Shown piece after piece: positions 56,377 to 64,000 of a stretch of 64,000 bases of DNA. Position numbers and translations under genes: made by a program. The stretch comes from Flectonema sp. DT1601. Lineage: Eukaryota. The stretch is taken from assembly GCA_964019425.1 (NCBI GenBank), contig OZ025781.1, positions 186,001 to 250,000 on the forward strand, in the 5' to 3' direction. The notes under the pieces are model-generated. The model did not search any database, was not told the origin of the DNA, and worked only from the letters and a program-made list of their open reading frames with translations. Within the stretch, counting starts at the first letter, position 1. Each line of letters begins with the position of its first letter.

Positions 56377-58302
56377 TTTATTTGAAGAACTGTTTAATAA
56401 AATACAGTAACAGTTCACAACATTCACAGATGTGTATTAATTACTTCAGACATCCATCCAAATCGTACGAATATCTGTGTTGATGTCCTGGAAAAGAAAA
56501 GTATCAATCAATTTAGTGACTAACATTAAAAAACCAACACAGCCCAGCAGGTAGCTGTCGGGATAACGGAGTTAGTTGTTCAACGCCTGGGCTCCCTGTT
56601 GAGTGAAGTCATCCGACGATAGAGTTGTTCAGTTATCCATATAACAGAAATTTATCTTACGATGTGAAGTCGCTTGAACAATATAAAAAAGTTTATTCAT
56701 AAAAACAGCCAAGTAAATGTCGTAGAATACGACAGGTTTTCACCTTCCTCAGATATCAAAAAAATACTAAGGAATTTGCTTTCTCCGTATCTTTTTTTCT
56801 AATGTTTTTTTTTTCCCTTTCCAAGTGCAAGCTATCTACGACTAGAAGAACGATAGGCAATGAGCTGAACGTGTTCAATCCCAGGCGATGGTTCAAAAGG
56901 TATTCACGGCAATTCAGTACTGGTTCCCTGCTTGTGATGTCATTCTCAGACATCTATTTCTTTTCCGTTGACGGTTCCCTTAAGAGAGGAGCAAAAGAAA
57001 GAAAGCAAAAAAGGTTTCAGAAAAACACGAAAATGAAAACAACAACTGTTGTACGGTTCCCAAAGTTGCCGATAGCAGCAGCTTTTCATGTCTTTTTTCC
57101 CCTCTTCCGCCCTCAGCTTCTTTTGTTTGTTGTTTTACTGACCACTGACTACTTCACAGAAGCAAGTGCAAAGCTAAAAAGATTATAGCAATAAAGGACA
57201 GACAGAGAGTAACCTCCAATCTAACCGTTGTTCTATACGCAAGTTAATGGTCTAGAATAGTAGAGAAACCAAATGAGAGTTTTAAGGAATGAATTCGTGG
57301 AAGAGATGTCACCAAGGATGTGGAAACGTTTGTCGAGTTACGTTTCCCTCATAAATTCTCAGTAGGTGTGGGTATTTTCTTCTTTTTTCTTTCTGGTTGT
57401 TTTTCCGTCCCCCAAGAAGGAAAACGAAAAATCAAAAGAGACAAAGTGATTAGAAAAAGAAAAAAAGGGAATTAAGAAGAAAGAAAAAAGAATATCTTAT
57501 TTTTAAATTATCTCATTCCGTTCATCGCGACTTTGCAAAGCATCAAAGATCAAAGTGGAAGCGAGCAACCCGCCGATAGAATGAAAGCTTCCAGTCGCTG
57601 ACATAACCAGAGATATCATAAACCAAAGCACACAACAGCTCGTTAATTACACGAGCTGGCTGAGAAAGATTCTCACACGAGAACAGTTAGAATATGAGTT
57701 TTGTTATATTAGTCAGTATTAGCTATATTAGAGGAGAGTTATCACAAATAAATAAATAACCAAAATCAAAAGTATAAATTGTGGGATAAAAATTGAAAAA
57801 ACTTAAATCCCTAAAAAAGCAAGGAAGACACTGCGGGATCACTTCCTGTCCAACTGGTCTGGATAAGACCATTAATAGATTCAGCTTCTCCCACACATCA
57901 ATCAATTCCGTAGTGACGTGTCTAGTTATGAATAAGTTCTTCTTGATGCCTGAGAGGTACAATATCCATACACACAGTTGCCTTAGATACACAGATAGAT
58001 TGATAAGGAAGTCCTATACATTGCGTACTGTGCATCGCCAGCAAACTAAAGAGAGCATCGGGTTAACTCTTTAGAGCCACGAGGACAACAGTAACGTAAT
58101 TAGACCCCAGGTTGGTACACAAGACCAGCCTGTAGAACTTTAACCAGTTCAAAATGTCGATAATTTAGTACCAAAGTCAAAAGAAAAAGGTCAAAAAAAA
58201 AAAAATTTTTTTTCTGGAATCCGAATTTTGCTAAGTGTTTTCTGTGAATGATTGTACTAAAAAAACTTTGGATATAATAAAGATGGTGGATTTGGCCATT
58301 TT

Positions 58303-58670
58303 TTGCTGATTTGGAGACTTTTTATACACCATGATATTTATAATTACGGTATTATTTTTAGCTTGAAAAAGAAAACTGATGATGAGAAGTTGTGGATTCA
58401 TCGTATTGACTGGATGGGTAACTATTTGTGGTATCGACTTAGTACGAATATCTGTGTTGATGTCCTGGAAAAGAAAAGTATCAATCAATTTAGTGACTAA
58501 CATTAAAAAACCAACACAGCCCAGCAGGTAGCTGTCGGGATAACGGAGTTAGTTGTTCAACGCCTGGGCTCCCTGTTGAGGGAAGTCACCAGGGAATTGT
58601 TTAGTTGAAACTCATTGAAGTCGAAACAAACGAAATTGACCTTTACGGTGTCGCTTGAACAATATAAAAA
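58303..58670 (+). mobile_element. Integrase relic cassette without an adjoining S41 gene
   Basis: DIY...SLKKKTDDEKLWIHRIDWMG...VDVLEK...VVQRLG; parallels 6745-7150. Confidence 0.55.
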
Positions 58671-60597
58671 ATATTTAGCAAGCAAAAAATGAGAGAAGAT
58701 TACAGCAATGTTTTATTTTAATTTTTCAAATATTATTGACATCAGGGACAACATTAGTTCTTCTTGCCTTGTCAGTTTCAGAGAAGACGACGACAAGACA
58801 CCCAACAGAATTATCATAATACGAAATGTCCCAAATGAATAAATATGAACTAATGAAATAAAAAAGACATAACGACCTCCTCTGCGGGAAAGACTACAAA
58901 TTATAACCTTCTTCAGATATCTGAAGATGAAAAGGACCTTTATTTCCTCATTTTTTCTTTTGATTTGTGTTCCACCAACTGCTGACTACTACGCTGGCAA
59001 GTACCGAACTAATAAAATTATAGCAATAAAGGACAGACAGAGAGTAACCTCCCATCTAACCGTTGTTCTATACGCAAGTTAATGGTCTAGAATAGTAGAG
59101 AAACTAAATGAGAGTTTTAAGGAATGAATTCATGGAAGAGATGTCACCAAGGATGTGGAAACGTTTGTCGAGTTACGTTTCCCTCCTAAATGCTCCGTAG
59201 GTGTGGGTAGTTTCTACTTTCTTCTTTCTTTCATTTTATGTCCCCCAAGAAAAATAAAAAATCACAGGGGACAAAGCGATTTACAAAAACCATCCTCAGT
59301 TGAGTATCGAACCCGAGCTCTCGTAGTGATTAGAAAAAAAAAGAATTTTAAGAAATATCTTATTTTTTAAATTATCTCATCCAGTTCATCGCGACTTGAA
59401 AAGTGTTAAAGATCAAAGTGGAAGCGAGCAACTCGCTGACAGAATGAAAGCTTCCAGTCGCTGACATAACCAGAGATATCACAAACCAAAGCACACAACA
59501 GCTCGTTATTTACACGACGGCTGCACTGAGAAAGACACCCAACAGAATTATCATAATACGGAATGTCCCAAATGAATAAATATGAATTAATGAAATAAAA
59601 AAAGACATAACGATCTCCTCTGCGGAGAAGATCACAAATTGGAACCTTTTAAAAATGAAGAAGATTCACGGCAGTTCAGTAACAGTTCCCTGCTTGTGAT
59701 GTCATTCTCAGACATCTATTTCTTTTCTGTTGACAGTTGAGGAGCAAAAGAAAGAAGGTTTAGGAAAAACACGAAAATGAAAACAACAACTGTTGTACGG
59801 TTCACAAAGTTGCCGATAGCAGCAGCTTTTCGTGTCTTTTTTCCCTCTTCTGCCTTCAGTTTCTTTTGATTTGTGTTCCACTAACTACTGACTACTACGC
59901 TGACAATGAAAAAGGACAGAAAATAACCACTGGTCTAGAATAGTAGAGAAACTAAATGAGAGTTTTAAGGAATGAATTCGTGGAAGAGATGTCACCAAGG
60001 ATGTGGAAACGTTTGTCGAGTTACGTTTCCCTCATAAATGCTCTGTTGGTGTGGGTAGTTTCTACTTTCTTCTTTCTTTCATTTTCTGTTATCCAAGAAA
60101 AACAAAAAATCACAGGGGACAAAGCGATTAGATTTAATATCTTATTTTTTAAATTATCTCATTCAGTTCATCGCGACTTGAAAAGCATCGAAGATCAAAG
60201 TGGAAGCGAGCAACCCGCTGACAGAATGAATGTTTCCAGTCGCTGACATAACCAGTGATATCACAAACAACAGCTCGTTAATTACACGACAGCTGCATTG
60301 AGAAATATTTTCATACGAAAACAGTTAGAATATGAGTTTTGTTATATTAATCAGTATTAGCTTTATTAGAGGAGAGTTATTCATTTACTTATTTATTTAC
60401 GAAGCCTGGAAGCCAAAAAGCCAGTAAAAGCTCACAGTGTAATTGCTGTAAGCAACCAGAAAGAGACTCTCACAGACAGTTATCAAATAAATAAATAAGC
60501 AAATCAATCAAGGAATTGCAGTACAAAATTTAAAAAAAAAAACTTAAAATCTCTTACTCAGCACCTTTCAAAGAAGAAAGCAAGGAGGACACTGAGG

Positions 60598-60905
60598 TAT
60601 CAGGTCCTACAGGACTGAATAAGAGCTGTAATAAGTTCAGCTTCTCTGAAGAAGTTCCTTTCGATGTATGAGAAGGACAATATGATTCACCTTTGGGCTG
60701 ATGTTAGTAGACACTTTGAGAACGTAACTGTTATCAGTCTGTTCCACAAAATAAATGAAGAAGCTAAGCTTGGGATGACTCTTTCCCTGCTCGGCTTGGC
60801 AAGTGTGAATGCGATCTACACTTTGACATCTGTGATGACACTCTCATCTCAGTCCCAGTCCTTCAGGAAAAGCAAACATAATTTCCACAAGTATCAGCTT
60901 ACAGG
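60598..60905 (-). mobile_element. Best-preserved RNase H end / integrase N-terminus relic
   Basis: One frame reads YLWKLCLLFLKDWD*DESVITDVKV*IAFTLAK...SAQR*IILSFSYIERNFF...LITALIQSCRT*, resembling RW.L.L..yD...I.G..N.IAD.LSR ... R..IL ... V.SC..C. Confidence 0.4.
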
Positions 60906-61699
60906 CAAAAGTACCAGAACAGTCAAAAAAAAAAAAAAAGAATTTCGAAATTGGTGGGCGGATTTGGGTTTTTTGGATAATATTTTTGTGGGGTGGTGAG
61001 CTCGGATTGCGTATTAGTTGCCCACAGGATAGCCTGGCAAAAGAGTTTCTGCATATATAAAATAATCGGATATCAGGTCCTGTGTTTATTAATATCCATT
61101 AGAGTTCTCCAAGACTTGTATTAGTTTGTATTTATTAATAATCAAAATACGTATTTAGTAATCTGTGGGGAGTGGAGGTCATTTTATTGTTTTCGTTTTT
61201 CCTACTGCGGTACTAACGCAGCGTCCCCAGAATTTAAAAAAAAAAAGACAAAAAAAAAAAAAACATGAATGACAACTCGTCAACTAAAACAGAAACATTT
61301 CTGAAGAATGTTTAATTTTACTTATAAAAAAAAGCAAAAAAAAAATTTCAACACCATCTTTCCTGTAAGTTCTCTTGATGTCTGAGAGGTACAATTTAAG
61401 CTCAAAAGGAACAACAATTTCTCAGACAATCTTGACTGTCAGCAGCAGCGTAGTAAATGAATAAATAAAGCCACTGGAGGCCAGTTGAGCTCCACTTGCC
61501 TATGTTACCGTAACAGCTTTTTATAAAACTCATGAGTACTTAATTAATACATAATATTATATTGTCTTGAAAATTAAGCATAGAAAAAGACGAACACCAG
61601 GAAGGGGGGCGGCTCCTTGTCAATAGCCGTCTAGGGGGAGAGAATATAGAAATGTATGTTCAAACACGTATCGTAAACAGCGAAAGCAACACAAAAAGA

Positions 61700-64000
61700 T
61701 TAAGCACTGTCGGGACGCTCTTCAAGCTCTTCGTCTCTTTGGTTCACCTCCGCTGATTTCCTACAACAACACATGTAAACAATAACAATAACAACTATTA
61801 CGAATACGCCAGAAAATATCGAAATCAGAAGTGTATTGCGAAGCCTCACATCGCTGTCATCGCTGCTTTTAGGAGCAGCTGACACCACAACGGTACCTGG
61901 CACCTTGTAAGTTCCAGCCTCAAATTCCACCCAATTAGTTGAAGCAGTCGAACTGAGTGCAGCAGTTTGCTGAAGCATCTGCAACTCTGTTGCAGCTGAG
62001 AATGGAGGCCAGAAAGGCAACACATGATCAGCATAAACAGGAAGATATTCATCCGAAATAGAAGCGCCCGGATCAGAGAAGAAAGCAGCTAAACTGAATG
62101 TCAGCGCGGCGTTAGTTCTCGTGATTGGAGTCAGTGGCTTGTTTACATCGTTTTCAGTGGCGGTAGCCACCCAAGTTTTCCACTCGAAAAACGGTCCATT
62201 TGTAGCAGAACTTACTCTGTGCTTTTCCCCAGAAACACCACCAGCAGAGACAACTGTTACAGCACTAGCCTTCCTAAGGAGCTTCACAGCAAGGGAACAC
62301 GCACTTCCACAATCTCCGAGTGAAAAAAGTTTGACAGTTGCGAATCCCTTCGTAGGTATATTAATTTTCTCGTTCGCTGCAAAGTTACACTTAGCAAGCA
62401 TAGCAGAGTCTTTCGCTTCAAGCAATGAGTCGGAGAGAGGAACAATCTTTGGAACCACAAACACTTCAGGTGATCCAGCAGCCCTGCTCTTCTTCGGAGG
62501 GTTTTTAAAGGCCTCAATCAATTTAGCGTGTGCCTGCATCGGGTTTGTACTGCCCAAAGGTTCGTTGTATAAGCTTTCCCCGGTAGAAACAAGCAACGCG
62601 TTGTAGTTTTCACCACCAACCACAGCAGATAGTATCAAACGGACGTATCCCTTAGTGAAGTCAGTGAGATGGTATTCAGAAGCACCCTTAGTGGAAGCAG
62701 CACTTGCAGGTGAGATACGGAAATCGCTTCTCGTCCTCGATGTTTCCCTGAGTCCTGCAGGGTATTGGAGCTTCGGAGTGAAGTACTCAATCGCCGTGTA
62801 GGCCAAAATCTGAAATCCACCACCGTTACCACGAATGTCCAGGATCAATTCTGTGATTCTCGGGGAAAACGCAATCGCATAATCACTGCAAGCCTCAATA
62901 ACTTTTAAAAACCTAAAGAGGACTTTATTTTCATCACAACCCTTTAAGTTGGTAGTCTTCGGTTCAAAGGTTCCGATGTACAAGTACATTACTGGCTTTG
63001 CGTTGGTTTCGAATGAGCTGCACACAATATTCGGTTCATTGGTATTTTGTGGATATTGAGCAACTATCTTACCCTGATTCCAGAGATCTGAAGGAGCAAG
63101 CTGCTGAACTGATCTTTTGGACACGCGTTCTTGTTCCTTCTTTGCAGATGCAGCCTTGTCAGCCTTGTCAGCGTTGTGAAGATCTCTCGCAATGTCTGAA
63201 AGTGGATTAGGAGGAAGGTTAGGTCCGGAGTTCACTTCAGGACTTTTATGAATACCTGCCCTCTGATCAGCGATAGGAGGAATTGGTTTGTATGCCTCTC
63301 TGTTCTGCCTGATGTGAGTAATGTCGTTAGGGGTCACTGGTGCTTCCTGTACCTGAGCACCTCTCGCAGTCGCTGCTGGACGGTTACCAGCAACTATGAC
63401 AGCGGTTGTTAACTGTTGGTCACCCCTTCCAGCGTAGATTGGAAGGGTGTGAGACGTACCAGCAACAGTTATTTGCATTGTGGTGGCCTGGTATCCAGAT
63501 CTGGTTGAAGATATACCTGCAGCGTCCAGGTTGTTTAGGTATTCATTAAGGTCTGCGCCATTAGACTTCGAAGTGCCGTTGTCACCAAGCAACTTTGCTA
63601 AAGAGGCCACTGCTGGCTGTCCGTTGATTGCAGTTACAATGTCGCCAACCTGAACACTGCTCCACGTTTGTCCCTGAGAATAGGCAGCGAAAAGTGCAAG
63701 GTGTCCACTGATGAAAATAACCTGCTGTCCATTATCCATTCTTGATCCGAATACAAAAGGAATATATAACTGAGAATGATATCCCGATGGCAGAGTGTAA
63801 GAAGTATGCCCGTCTTGCAACTTTAAGAAGAGTTGAGCCATTGAAGCTTGAAATTGGAAATCACTATTCCACTGTTGAGTAGAGAACTGTTGAAGAGAAC
63901 CCTTCAAGTTAACCTTTCCAATCACAGATGGGTCTGTTGATAGAGCGATGTCAGTTCCTTGATAAAACTCAACCATCTCAAGCGCTGCTTTTGTCGCTTC
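61700..64000 (-). CDS. S41-family membrane protease, paralogue 11 (5' end beyond the window)
   Basis: Frame open to the window edge (EATKAALEMVEFY); LILDIRGNGGG, DCGSACS, TM then CCC. Confidence 0.85.
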   Translation of the reverse strand, partial: EATKAALEMVEFYQGTDIALSTDPSVIGKVNLKGSLQQFSTQQWNSDFQFQASMAQLFLKLQDGHTSYTLPSGYHSQLYIPFVFGSRMDNGQQVIFISGHLALFAAYSQGQTWSSVQVGDIVTAINGQPAVASLAKLLGDNGTSKSNGADLNEYLNNLDAAGISSTRSGYQATTMQITVAGTSHTLPIYAGRGDQQLTTAVIVAGNRPAATARGAQVQEAPVTPNDITHIRQNREAYKPIPPIADQRAGIHKSPEVNSGPNLPPNPLSDIARDLHNADKADKAASAKKEQERVSKRSVQQLAPSDLWNQGKIVAQYPQNTNEPNIVCSSFETNAKPVMYLYIGTFEPKTTNLKGCDENKVLFRFLKVIEACSDYAIAFSPRITELILDIRGNGGGFQILAYTAIEYFTPKLQYPAGLRETSRTRSDFRISPASAASTKGASEYHLTDFTKGYVRLILSAVVGGENYNALLVSTGESLYNEPLGSTNPMQAHAKLIEAFKNPPKKSRAAGSPEVFVVPKIVPLSDSLLEAKDSAMLAKCNFAANEKINIPTKGFATVKLFSLGDCGSACSLAVKLLRKASAVTVVSAGGVSGEKHRVSSATNGPFFEWKTWVATATENDVNKPLTPITRTNAALTFSLAAFFSDPGASISDEYLPVYADHVLPFWPPFSAATELQMLQQTAALSSTASTNWVEFEAGTYKVPGTVVVSAAPKSSDDSDVRLRNTLLISIFSGVFVIVVIVIVYMCCCRKSAEVNQRDEELEERPDSA

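Noticed and set aside
60165..60190. VHRDLKS protein-kinase catalytic loop
   Set aside because: No Asn, DFG or other kinase subdomains follow, and the frame is broken in other copies; likely coincidence.

Overview
Eukaryotic, probably protist, DNA with AT-rich, homopolymer-rich spacers. The window is a head-to-tail, all-minus-strand array of 11 intronless paralogues (10 complete, 1 cut by the window edge). Each encodes a ~816-859 aa predicted type-I membrane protease of family S41 (CPAF/fungal-S41-like): signal peptide, LQDGHT, PDZ-like segment, LILDxRGNGGG, CGSxC serine motif, T/A/P stalk, TM helix, CC(C) and an acidic tail. The paralogues are patchworks: near-invariant blocks alternate with short hypervariable blocks that are shuffled between copies. 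The spacers are built from recurring modules. By eye these translate into colinear, heavily decayed Ty3/gypsy-type pol motifs (RT, RNase H, integrase) on both strands, plus LINE C-terminal fragments. Relic sequence directly abuts the 5' end of most protease genes and appears to form the last codons of three of them. No intact mobile element, RNA gene or CRISPR array was seen. All family assignments are by-eye motif recognition, not database searches.
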